From the NCBI RefSeq assembly GCF_018350175.1, contig NC_058369.1:1986001-2050000 (forward strand): a stretch of DNA of 64,000 nt, in the 5' to 3' direction. This document shows, piece by piece, positions 26,750 through 39,031 of this stretch. This stretch comes from Felis catus. Lineage: Eukaryota. The number at the start of each line of letters is the position of its first letter. Within the stretch, counting starts at the first letter, position 1. Under the pieces are notes generated by a model. That model ran no database searches and was not told where the DNA came from. It saw only the letters and a list, made by a program, of their open reading frames with translations. The position numbers and the translations under genes are program-made.

Positions 26750-28200
26750 CGTCACCCCGTGTCGACCACGAACACAGGGTCACCAGGCCATTCTGTTCTT
26801 TCGCGTCCCAATTCGACCCCTGAACTAGGGAGTCTCCGCAGAGAAAGTGAGTCGGATTCCCTGAACAGAATAGGAGGAGGCAGGCTGCTCAGCTCGCCCC
26901 GAGCTCTTTCAGCTGAGAGCCCACCTCCTGGCGGGCGGATCGGACACGTGTGTACCGCCAGCCTGTCACTCAGGGGGGAAAAAGGCGGGACCTGGGGGTA
27001 TCTGCCCAATTTTCGGCCACCCAGGACTACCCTCCAATCAGAACGGGAAGGGCTGAAGGCTGTCCTATCCACGGTGAGGAAGCGAGGTGGCTTGGTAACA
27101 TCCAATCGGGTTCTGGGGGATTATCTTCGGAACCCATCCAATCAGGTCGCAGGGACTGAAGGATCGCCCAATCAGGGCCCGGGACCTGTACACCACCCAA
27201 TCAGGCCCGAGCGAGAGCCCGGTGGGTGTGGCTCTCAGCCGGGGCGGCTGGCGCAGTCGGATCCTGCGCTGCCACGGTTGCGGGTGTGCGCGGCGTAGGA
27301 GGACGCCCCGAGGGCGCGGAGCGGGGCCCCGAGATGGTGAGTGCGCGGGCCGGAGGGGCGGATGGGACCAGCCGGAACTAGGTGGAAGCGGCCGCGGCGG
27401 GGTGTCCGCGTCCCCAGGGATCCGCACCTGGGCCCTGGGCGGTTGGAACGGAGAAGGGAGGCTGGGGGAGGGCAGGGAGGAGGGCGGGAGGGGGGCCTGG
27501 GATTCGGGGAGCGTGTGCGACGACCTGACTAAGCAGGAGTTTGCGCTCCTCGGTGGAGGACAGGTAGAGACTGTCCGGGTAAGTTGTCACATAAAGGAAA
27601 CTATTTGTAGCCATAAGGCGGCCTCAGGAAATAGCTTCTGAATCCGCGACTCCCTAGCGGGGACGGGCGGTGGGGGTGGGGGGGAGCTCTGCCGGGGGCG
27701 GTCTAGGCGGGCGTGAGGTTGCTCGGACCGAGCTGGAAGACGTGCCCAGAAAGCACGCGTGCAGTGTGACGGTCACGGAGCCAGAGCTGCTCCCGGGGGC
27801 TGAGACTTGGACGTTAGAATCCAGCGGAGGTAAGTGTGGGACGCGGGGCCGGGGCTGAGCGCGCGCGGAGGGAGCAGGTGCACGCGCATGGGGTCCTGGG
27901 CTGCGATCTCGGGTAAGAAATGCAGGGTTTTCTCACTTTGGAAACGGCGCGGAGAGTTTCACGGGTTTGGCTGTTTCCTGGCCTGGTGCAGACTGTCAGT
28001 CTTTGCTTCCACGCTGTTCCCTTCAAGTCGTAAATGGCTGAGATTGGTTTTCTGTTTTTCCATTTCTTTGTGATTCTGACGCGGACCAGGAAGTTCTGCA
28101 AGGGGTGTACTGGGCAATTAGAGCCGGAGAGGCGTAGATCACGGAATGGAGCGGGGGTCCTAAAACGATTGCTTTTCTGGGCACCCCCTAAACCCGCTGA
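26750..28200 (+). promoter_or_regulatory. CpG island and TATA-less promoter of paralog B with six CCAAT boxes
   Basis: High CpG and GC content; CCAAT at 27006, 27034, 27102, 27138, 27168 and 27197, upstream of the ATG exon. Confidence 0.85.
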
Positions 28201-28256
28201 GCTTATAGGGGGACCCACGGTGGACCTGTCACCCAACCAACCTGAGTCCTGTGCTC

Positions 28257-29128
28257 TGATGTGGGAAACAAAGGAGGCTGTGGGCACAGTACAAGCTGAC
28301 AACCCACCCCTCCTCCCCGCAGGTGGCGTATGTGTGACATTCCTCAGGCACCTTTAGCCGCCCAAGAATGAAGGAAAGAGAAAAACAAATGGTTAATGAT
28401 GAGGTTTTGGGGTGATGGTGGGGTGGTGGGGTCCAGAGCCTACGCACGCAAAGAATTCTTGAAGACATCTTTGGTGCAGAAAGGTGAATCTATTAAAGCT
28501 CGAGGACAGGACCCGAGGGCGGGAAGAGCTGCTCCAGGACTTGAGGAGAGTCTGCTTATATACTATGGGGTTGTGGGAGGTCTAGTCCTGGGGAAGTTTC
28601 CAATGTGATTTCCATATGCTAAAGAAGACACGGAGGATGGAGGGGGGGGTCAGGCTAGCCATTGTCTAGCTAAGGTTCTTTTTCCATCTAGCAAAGCATT
28701 AAGACTAAGGGAGTTCCTGGGGAGAGGCTTTTACTCTGCCAACCTCAAATATTTGTCAATGGTCTCCAGATTGTAAGGAAATTGAATTTTATCTGCCATT
28801 TCCTTCTGCTTTGTTTCCCACAGCAATTAAGTGATGGAGAGCACAGTGAAGCAAGACTTGAGTTGCCCCCAGCCTACAAAGGTCTTAGGAAATTGCAAGG
28901 AAAAAGAGAAATCTCCAGGAACCTATAGACTCAGTTTCCTGGACCCCAATATCACCCTCCCCTCCATAGGGTAGAAAGTCTCACGGAATCAGTCACTCCT
29001 CAAACCCAGTGCAGCTCTTTCTCCCACGGGTCCTGGCCCCGTGCTGTAGTAAACCATCTTTTTGCATCTCGAGAATTTTTTCTTGGCGGTCAGTCTCCGA
29101 ACCCCTCCCCCACTCCAAAACCACACCA
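28257..29128 (+). mobile_element. Solo LTR with 4-bp TSD GCTC, itself interrupted by an inverted LTR of the same family
   Basis: TG...CA ends with GCTC on both sides; absent from paralog C. Confidence 0.8.
28397..28825 (-). mobile_element. Innermost LTR, an inverted relative of its host
   Basis: Its ends (tgatgaggttttgggg and tttgtttcccacagca) are near reverse complements of the host ends; flanks GTTAA/ATTAA. Confidence 0.8.
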
Positions 29129-32100
29129 GCTCCTTGGTGAGCCAGAAACCGCAGCGTATCGACAGTCACAGGAAGAAAACTTTATTAGCAGCAGATACAG
29201 AGATCAGTAGATCACAGGAAATAACTTCCAAAGCCCTGACTCCCCGGAGGGAGGGTGGATGGGCTCTTTTGGTTTAGGGCTGGGATGGGTATTTCCATGG
29301 GGAAGCCTCGTCACCCTGAGTGGGGCAGGCAGGGGGAGTGCTGGGGGTGGGCCTTAGGGCAGCAGGCCTGTCCCCAGTGTGTGTGTCGTGTACAGGAGGC
29401 TTTGCTCCTTCTTGGGTAGAGACTTTAGTGTGATAATGAAGTAAAGGTAATTGCCGATCATTCCAGATGTCCCCCAGGTCCATCTGCACAGGAGGGAATC
29501 AGAGGCTCCTCAAACTGGTCGGGGAGGTTGGGGCTCTGGAGGTCTGGTGAGGGCAGTGGGTCTGCTCCAGGGGCGGGTTCCTGTCATTTGCCTGAGTTAA
29601 AAGGACAGCTGGAAAGGACAGCTTAGAGAAACGTGGGGCAAAGTTCTGTGAGTACAAGCTCATCAGCTTGAGGTCTAGCTGGTGACAGACTTGGGAGATG
29701 ACCTCAAATCTGCGCCTGGCTGAGGACAGTTTATTACAGTCGGTTCCAACAGGGACCTGTTCCCATCTCAGGGACCCTCCAGTGAAACAGAGCTGGGGCG
29801 TGGCTGTTCTGCAAGAGGGGGATGGGCAGGAAGGCCCAGTGTCAGGATCCGACCCCTGCGGTGCAGGAAGGCCTCAGTGGCTCAGGTCCCCAGGGCCTCG
29901 TTCTTCAGCTCAGTGGATGCTCAGAGTGTGGGCCTCCCACACTTCAAGGGAGGACAGTGGCCTGGGTAAAGTTTGGGTAGGAAAGGGGCAGTGGTGGACA
30001 GTTGGTCAAACCAGTGTCAAATGAAGATTCCCAATTGAGTAAGGAGAGTCCTGTATTGAGAATGATTGCAAAGGGGTGGGGGGGAGAGGGGACTATTGCA
30101 CTAAGGGCAGGGGCCTTGCAGGGGGCAAGGGCTACATCAACAGGGAGGACACTGTGAGCAAAAGGCATCTGAGTGTCTCGAGTCGTGTAACAGGAAGGAG
30201 AGGAGGAAAGAGACCAGGCAAGTGCAGGTGTGGTGCTGACGTTGGGGTTCCCTGAGGCCAGCCTGTCCCCCTGTCCCCAGGAGGGGCTGTGTGTGGCTCA
30301 GGCTGAGAGCAAGCCCACGTTCAGGGGTCTGGAGGAAGGAGAGAAGCCAAAGCAAAGCGGGACCAGCCAGCATTTTGTGCCCCTTGGTCACGGGGACAAG
30401 CAGCTGAGCTGACCACAGATGAGGCACAAAGTGTGGGTGTGGGGGGTCGGCGCGTGGCCCTGTCGTGGGTGAGCCAGGGGGACTTCCTGTGAGTCTTCTC
30501 CTGGTCTGACGGGGGAGGGGCCCTCGTGCGGCCTGCTGTTTTCCAGACCCCGACAGGGTGGGGGAGGGAGTGCCTTTCCCTTCCACTGAGGTTTTCCTGG
30601 GAGCACAGGGCTCAGGTAGGTGTCTCCATGTCACCTGTGAGCAGGACCTGTCACCCTGTCCAGCTCAGCACGGATGGCTCTGTCCTCCACCAGCCTCGCG
30701 TTGAGCAGGTGTAAAATGCCCGAGTTCTTTCTGCCTCCTTTCTTCCTCGGGTTACTGGGGGGCTTTATCCGGAGAGCATCCCCTGGGGAAAAGTGTCTCA
30801 GGACAGAACTGTCCTTCTCCATTAGGGTTGGGGGGGATCTGCAGGGGGCTCCACACCTTCATGCCAGGTGGGTGGAGTCATGCATCAGAGGATTCATCCA
30901 AATGCTAGTGACAGGTCCACACAGGGTCCAGAGGTGGAAAAGTGTCTTCCTGATCTGTCCCCTGGGAATTGCCAGTGTCAGAGACGCACACAAATTCTGT
31001 GAACTGAGACGGGTTCAATTCTAACGGTACCAGGTCCCTGTTCTCTGAAAGGGATAAACAGCTTCCGTTCACGTGAAACCACACACGGGCCCTAGAGCCG
31101 CCCCTCCCACTGTGGCCTTGACCTCAGGGTGGAAGCCGTGATGCTGCACCTGGTTCTCCACACAGCAGCTTGGGGTCCCCGTGTCATTCGGATGACCCAG
31201 TTGCTGGAAGCTGGGGCCTCCTCTGGGCTGGGGACCGGCCACCTCCAAAGCTGGGCCTGGTGGGAGGCGAGGGAAGGTGCGGTGGGGTCTCGCTCACCTG
31301 CAGGTGGCCTCCAGCCCCCGGGATCAGTGCGGACCAGTGGGGAAGGGGCTGGGGCCGCCCTGGGGTGTCTCCCGAGGACCGGTGTTGGCATCGTCCAAGG
31401 GGTTGTGGGGTTAAGTGGGATCTGTGGAAACAGGAAGTCTGTGCAGGTCAGACTGAGGGAAGGCTCCTCGGGGTCAAGTGCCGTTGGAAGGGTCATGAAC
31501 ACAGAGCATGTAGGGTTCAGATCCTAAACCGGGAGGGTTTCCTCTCTGGTGAGAATTGTGGCCCCAGAGGAGGGGGTGCGGGGCGTGTGGAGCTCAGAGT
31601 CCAGTCCCCAGGGGTCTCTGGTCCCCTCCTCCCATCCCGGAGGACCGGTGTCAGCAGGGAGAGCTTGGCGCTCATGGGGGGACTGGGTGTCCCCCTCTGC
31701 ACTGGGGTGTCACGTGTGGTGTGGGCGCCGTGGGTGACCAATCTGAGCGGCTCCTGCTCTGGTGCTCGGCCCGTTGTTCCTGGAGAGGCTCTCGCTGCCC
31801 TGGGAATCCAGTGTGGGTGACACTTAGGACTTTTGTCCCTTGGCCATACCTCTTTGTGCTGGCAGCTTTCCGTGTCGTCACCCCCCAGCAGGCGTCACTC
31901 GACCTGATGATCTCTGTTGCGGTGCGAGAGGGGAATGTCAGCAGTGCCACCGGTGATGTGGCTGCCCAGGGCTCGTCTGTGTCTCTCGGGCGGGTGCTCG
32001 CGGCTCAGTGTGTCCGGTGAAGCCCTCCGTCCCGGGATGGTGGGGCGTGGGGTCTCCAGTTCATGTTTTCCTTTTGTGGGCTTTGCTGCTGCCGGCAGTG

Positions 32101-32819
32101 TGGTCTTGTCTCCAGGGTAAGTGCCTCGTAAGTCCTTTGCGCTGGGGGGACATTGCATGTTGTAGCTCGTAAGTTACACGTTAGCAGGAACGGGGTGCGG
32201 AGTGTGAACCACGTGTCGGTTTTGGGTCCCTTCGCTTGCGACTTCATGACATCCAGCTCGAGTGTGTGACACGGGGTCTCCTGGACGTCACACGTTGGTT
32301 TATCTGATTCCTCCAGGGCTGAGCATTTCTCACGTGTGGGTTCCCTCTTCCGTGGAAGCGTTTCCAGCGTGTTGTCTCCTGTATCTCACGTGTCTCCTTC
32401 CTGATGTTCTGTTTCCTTCACGTCGTGGGGACATTCAAGCTGTTTCATTTCTACATGTTGTGTTTTCTCCACGTCAGGGTGTATCCTTTCTCTGGGTTGT
32501 CTGCGTGGATGCACCCTTCGCGTTGTCAGTAGACTTGTCCTTCCCCGTCTCTTCCTGTGTAGACAACCGTCTTTTGTTCTGTGGGAAAACTCCTCCATCG
32601 CTCAGGTCTGATCACACGTGCTGGAACTTTCTGTCCGTGTGTTCCTCTTGTTTCCACTTAAATCCACCAGACTCGGTTATTGTCCGTGAATCTGATGATC
32701 CCTTTTACCCTTTAGAAAACCAGTCTTCCCTGGCCCCCTGTGTCCTGGTGTCCCTGTCTCTGCCACCGCCCTGCGGCACTTGCCATGTGGACATCCACTT
32801 GCCTAAATCAGGGGCGACT

Positions 32820-34989
32820 GAAGTCTCCCCTTAACTATATCCTCATTATGGGAATCGATGGCAAGTGGGAGATACTTGTCCTGGGAGATAAGAGCATCCC
32901 CAAGCGCATCCTCCAGTCCAAGATGGGGAATGTGGTCCCATCCGTTATTTCCACAAGTCCGTATTAAGCGTATGGAGTGGGGTACGCTGTGGTTTAAGGA
33001 GCGATTTTGAGATCCCCGTCACACAGGATTGGTCAAGGTGATAGTTGAGTCATGCAGTTGTTGGGGAGTCCTTCCCATTTTCCAGCTGATCACAAAATCC
33101 TGTGTCCATGGGGTCCTGTCATTATCCCTCTAGAGACACAAGCATGGAGATTGTGTCTACGTGAGCTGTACGGTGGGTTCTCTGAAGCTGACCTCAAGTT
33201 GTTCAGGATCGGTTTTCAGGACTTGAGGAAAAAGGGCAGATTGGTTTTTAATGACTTTAACTCAAGAGAATGGGCGATGGGAACCCTAGTTTGGAGAACA
33301 GTAGCCAGAAATTTGAGGAAACCAGACGAATTCAGGACCTAGTCTGGTTTCTAAGAAATAGTATCAAAGTCTAATACCTACAAAAATGTGTTCCTGAAAC
33401 ATAATTTTTTTCTCTCTGCATTCACTCTTATTTCCAGAGATAGCCAAATCAAGACTGATTTGTTTGTAAAACAGGTCCAGTTTTAACACAATGGCCTACT
33501 TACTTACAAAATCTGAGCAAACGCAGTGATTGACCATATAAGTTTTCCAAAAACTTGCTTTGCTCCAAATTTTCATAAGGAATCTCTACATTGAACTTCA
33601 TTAGCCCCTCGAGGCCAGAAGACAAGCCAAATATTTGTCACCAGACTTGTCTGCAAGACCTGTAGATTTATGTGATTTCTTCTTCTCAAGGTCCCCAAAC
33701 CATCCTGAGGTTTCCGGCACCTGCCGGGAGTTGACTTGACTCACCTGGTAAGGCTGCTGGGAACTCTGTCAGCAAGGCATCAGGCCAATATTTCCAGGGG
33801 GGTTGATTGGCTCCACAAAGTCCACCTTAATTCCTTCAAGCTGTCTGGTTATTTCTGGGTCTATGCAGGTCTGTCCCAAATCCGACATTCCTGTCAAATC
33901 TTTGGTGAAATAACCAATGTGTCCAATGGTGTCTTGTTACAAGGAGAAGAGATTCTGACTGTACTTAAGCAAAAAGGAGGGGAGGACTCAGCACTCAGAT
34001 GTGTCGGAATGTGTTTGCTTGTAGATCAAGATGGCAGCTGCATCCATGGGAACTAAGGAGTTAAGGGGGGAATCTGACAGAAGCAAGGCTGCCGAGACTC
34101 AGCCAGCATCAGGAAAGGGTCCCAGCTGAGTCCTTCCCATGTGCGGATTCACCACGGCCGAGCTGCCATTGCCACCTGTGCCACTCGTTGGGAATAGACC
34201 TTGGGAACAGAGTGGAGAGGAGAGGAAAGGGATCATTCGTCCATACAGGCCCGAATGGTCTGACCTTGTTCACCCTCAGACCCGTAGACCATACCAGGGA
34301 CCCCCCTGGATAGAGAACTTTGGCTGCCTGGTGAGGACTGTGGTTACACCTGCCAAAGGGCAAAAAGAAAGGAGAAGGAGTCAAGCATCCCCCCTGAAGG
34401 GCAAGAGGGGAAATCCCTCATCCTGTTGGGCAAGGGGTGCCCCATAGACGCCCCCTGGGACTTGGGATCCTCACCGAGGAGGAACCTCAGGTGGAGGTTG
34501 TCAGGTGCCCAGAGAACACTAGAGTCAGGCCACCAAGGGAAACTCCCAAGAAATTCCTAGGAAATCCCAGGAGAGGCCCAGTACAGCAGAGGGTCCCTGT
34601 GAAGGGCAACAAATGTGGGGCGACCCGATCAGGGGGAGGCCCGCAGCTCGGGGGGTGAGAGAATTCCCCCCAAGGCAGAACAGAGGAGATGGGAGTTTGC
34701 TGAATACCCTGCGAGGGAGCAGCGGGCAGGACGGCAAAGGAGAGACCGTCTGCCGGGAGGCGGTGCTGGGGGGCTACAGTTATGGGGTCACGAGGGAGCA
34801 TGGGAACCTTTGGAACGCTCCCTGTGTGGGACCTGTGCCCGGTTGTAAGTCGCAGGGGTTAGTTAGGGCCTGTGGCCATTTCGAGGCAGGTCGCTCAGGA
34901 GCCCGTGTGCATTCAGCTGTGTGCTCACTGTGCCCTTTGCTGCGTATCTTTCCATCACTCAGGCCTGTTGCCTAAAAACGGTCCATACA
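32820..34989 (-). mobile_element. Paralog B copy of the same provirus (partial env region, leader, 5' LTR 34614-34989); 3' LTR missing
   Basis: Collinear with 55600-58535 apart from three SINE insertions. Confidence 0.8.
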
Positions 34990-35839
34990 CTGTGATTCTT
35001 CCCCCAGTGTTAACGTGAGCGGTGGCTGTGTCCCCATCAATCCCTCAGGGACTCTTCCTTCTGGTGCCCTTTTCCTTGAATTCTGGGCCCTGGGTTAAAT
35101 GTTGGAGCGGCCCTGCTGACTTCCACGTTTCTTAAGGCCCCGGACTCGTCTTACACATCAGGTGTGCCAGGCGCCCGGGCCCTGGCCTGTGTCCATGCCC
35201 AGAGCCCAACTAATCTGGGGAAAGGGTCGTGTCTGCCTGTCGGAAGAGAGGGGACTCCAGCAGGCTTCTTGCCCTTGTTCCTTCCAGGGCGAGAGCTCCT
35301 CACATCAAGCAGCCCTGGAATCTGAGTGTCCACAGCATCCTGATATTCTGGTTCCAGTTCTTGGAGCTGACGAGGCATAATCGTCTTAGAGCAAGCCAAG
35401 CGCGTGTCCTCCGGTCTGTGTGTTGTCCGAGTGAATATTTCAGTTTTCGGTCTGTACAGTACTGGTCTGCTCAGATCTGTCTCAGTGTAAATAACCCAGT
35501 AAATTGGGTGTGTGTAAGTCTATGTCAGCTGTTGTCCTCACCCTCTGTTGTGACTCAGGGGTCCTAGGAATGGAGTCAGCTCCCTGCCCGTCACCCTTTA
35601 TTCTCCCACACATGTGGGTGTAGAGGGAGCTTTGCTGCAATAGAATGTGTGGTATGTTTCAGGCCTCTGTGGTCTTTGAGGATGTGGCTGTGAACTTCAC
35701 CCCAGAAGAGTCGGCTTTGCTGGATTGACGTCAGAGGAAACTCTACAGAGATGTGATGCTGGAGACCTGCAGGAACCTGTCCTCTGTGGGTAAGGATGGC
35801 TCCATGCCTTCACTGGTCTCTTCAGGAGGAGGGAGAACA

Positions 35840-37590
35840 GGTCAATATTTGCAAATCATATGAGACTGTACCTAGAATATCCTTCAGGCTTCACTAATTA
35901 GTATTGGAAGTAATAAATGAATGTAGACAAGTTGCAGAACACAAATTAATATCGCAAAATCTGTGCATTTCTATATTTACTACCCACGTAGCTGAGAAAT
36001 TAAGAAAACAAACCCATGTTCAATTAGTTCAAAGACAATAGAATACCATGTTAAAAGTAACCAAGGATGTTGAAACATCTTAATCTGGCAGGGATAAAAC
36101 ATTTAATGAAAGACATCGAAGGTGACATTGTCACGGATCGTGTGGACTAATTTCTTTGAAAACGCCCATACTATAAAAAGCCCTCTACGTATTGAGTGCA
36201 ATCTCTATCAATATACTAATAGTATTTTTCAAAGAACTAGAGCAAGATACTCTAAAATTTGTGTCAGAACAGAAAAGATTCCCAACAAACAAAGCCATTT
36301 TGAGAAAGCAAAAAACAGTCCTACATTTCGAACTATGGTAAACAAAACCATATAGTCCTGGCAACAAAAACAGACACAGGGCTCAAGGCAACAGAATAGA
36401 GAGTCCAGAAGTCAACCCATGTGTATGTGGCCAGATTATCTACAAAGAAGGAGCTGAGAATATACAGTGGGGAAAAGACTGTCTCTCCAGTAAGTGGTGT
36501 TGGGAAAATGAGACAGCTCCCTGCAAGATGAAATTGGAAAGTCTTCGTACCTCTTACCTGAAAGGAAACTCAGTATGGATTAAACACCTCAGGATAGGAC
36601 TTGAACCCATACTTGTCTTAGGACAAAACAGAGGCGCTGAACTCATGGACGTCAGTCTTAGCAATATTTTTGTGGAATTCTCCCTTCAGGTAAGGGAAAC
36701 AAAAGGGAAAGTAAAAAACGGGAACAGGGACATAACAGGCATTTTCCCACCGAAAATACAGAGATGGGCACTTAACGCATGAAAGGCTGCTCAATGTCAC
36801 TGATCATCAGGGAAATGCACATCACAACCACAATGAGCTGTCCCCTCACAGAAGCCAGAATGGCTAGTATCAGAAAGATAAGAAATAACAAGTGATGTTG
36901 AAGATGTAGAGAAAAAAAATCTCGTTGTTGGGATTTAAATTGGTGCAGCCACCTTGGGAAACAGTATGGAGTTTCCACAAAACACTAAACACAAGTACCA
37001 TATGTCCATACTTCTACTTCTGGGTGGGTCAACTTACCAAAAAAACTAACATAAAAAGATATGTGCACTGTCACATTCCCTGTGGCATCAGTCACAATAC
37101 TTAAGCTATGGAAGCAACCCAGGAGTCCATCAACAGGTGAACGGATAGTGAAGATGTGGTGTTACTCAGCCATTTGTGACAACACGGTTGGACCTACAGG
37201 ATATTATTCCAAGTAAATAAGTCAGAAAGGCAAACGGTGTATTTTCCTCATGTGTGGAATCGAAACAGCACGATGAATGAACAAACAAATAACGAGAAAT
37301 AGAAACAGACTTAAAACTATAGAGATTAAAGTGGTGTTTGTGAGATTGGAAGGGGTTGGGGGAACGTGTGAAATAGGTAAAGGGGATTGAAAAGTACAGA
37401 GTTGGGTTTATTCAGTAAAGAGGTCATGGGAATGCAGAGTCCTGCACAGGGAATATGGGCAGTAATATGGTAGTAGTTTTGTTCAGTGACAGATGGTAAT
37501 TCCAATTATCGTGGTGAGGATTTTGTAATGACTGTAATTGTCCAAGCACTAGGCTGTACGATATTACAGATCGATAGATTTCCACTAAAA
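35840..37590 (+). mobile_element. Old L1 3' fragment in intron 2 of paralog B
   Basis: Homologous to 3840-6200, at the same position after the KRAB exon. Confidence 0.85.
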
Positions 37591-38051
37591 ACGCCCCACA
37601 CTTATCATCATTAATGACCCTGAAGACTAAAGTAAGAGCCCATCTTCCAGATCGCTTGTGGTCCTTCAAATCCTCCCTGGTGAGAGCTCTTCACAGGGGC
37701 AGGACAGCAGCCACACACACCCCATCTAATCTCCCTCCTAGCGGCAGCTGGGGCAGCGCAGACAGGCTCCACCGAGGGCCTCTGTGCCTTCAGAACAGAC
37801 CAGTGTTCCTCTGGTTGACCAAGTTCTGGAGAAGGAAAAGCATTTGGACACAGCCTTTAGAAAGGTGACTCAGCCTTTGCTTGAGAAGATGATGTCTGTC
37901 ATTCACGTGGCTTCCCCGCTGGACTTTTCATCCATCCTCACCCTCGTGGTGAGCCTTTTGTGTTCCTCTTGTAGAGGTAGGTGCGGACGCGTGTGTTTTG
38001 CCCAGTTCCTTCCTACTTTGCTTGTCTGATACTTATCTCCACTTTGTGTCT

Positions 38052-38242
38052 ATTTTTTTTTTTTTAAGATTATTTATTTACGTTGAGAGAAAGAGTGTGT
38101 GGAAGGAGTAGAGAGAGAATCCCAAGCAGGCCCCACACTGTCAGTGCAGAGCCCACACAGGGCTGGAGCTCGTGAACCATGAGGTCATGACTAGAGCTGA
38201 AGTCGGCTGCTTGACCCACAGTTTCCAATGGTCAGGCGCCCC
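38052..38242 (-). mobile_element. Can-SINE (older)
   Basis: Reverse SINE, absent from paralog A. Confidence 0.85.
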
Positions 38243-38813
38243 AGTCTCCGTCTGTTTGGAAGTATTTGTGAGCGAATGGGCCGCCATTATGTACCCTTTT
38301 CCTATTACTGCCAAAGTCCCGAATTGCTAGGGTCTTCCGAAGTTTTCTTTGGTCACGTGTCCGTTCTTTCTGATGAACTCCATCTACATTTCAGGATCAG
38401 TGTATGAATAGAAATCAGCATATGGTCTATGTTCTTCCCTTACACACCAGGTCATTTCCAAAGAAATTAAATTAGGCTCCCAATTCTTGTAGTTTCTCCC
38501 AGTAAAGGTAAAACGTGTGGACCAAAGACTCCGTGGAACGCTTTGCAGAATAGGCTATTGGGTGAAGAGGAAACAGGAATATTTACAGTAAACGATTCCT
38601 GTTCTGCTTTTGGGGAAAAACAGAAGTTTCATAGCGGTGGAGCTGAAACCCAGACCCAGGAAGGGTGTGTGAGGTGAGTGACAGTTGTACAGGAGGAATG
38701 TGTGGATCCGGAGAGATTGTGAGACTACCTTGAAATTTAAGAACAGCGATAACCCAGCTCAACAATCGTATAGTCAGATTTGCACAGGACAATGTTTTCA
38801 TAAATGCATTCCA

Positions 38814-39031
38814 GGGGCGCCTGGGTGGCGCAGTCGGTTAAGCGTCCGACTTCAGCTCAGGTCACGATCTCGCGGTCCGGGAGTTCGAGCCCCGCGTCGG
38901 GCTCTGGGCTGATGGCTCAGAGCCTGGAGCCTGTTTCCGATTCGGTGTCTCCCTCTCTCTCTGCCCCTGCCCCGTTCATGCTCTGTCTCTCTCTGTCCCA
39001 AAAATAAATAAACGTTGAAAAAAAAAAATAA
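38814..39031 (+). mobile_element. Young Can-SINE
   Basis: TSD ATAAATGCATTC; empty site in paralog A near 7195. Confidence 0.95.

Larger units (their letters stand above)
28227..29687 (-). mobile_element. Host LTR (~585 bp net) interrupted by two nested LTRs
   Basis: TGTCACC...GGTGACA termini, flanks GACC/GACT; uninterrupted copy at 44918-45501. Confidence 0.7.

Noticed and set aside
29698..32834. Many overlapping ORFs in GC-rich intron 1 (and the copy at 45500-48100, including a 265-aa ORF)
   Set aside because: Expected in stop-poor GC-rich DNA; no recognisable domains; indels between the paralogous copies break the frames
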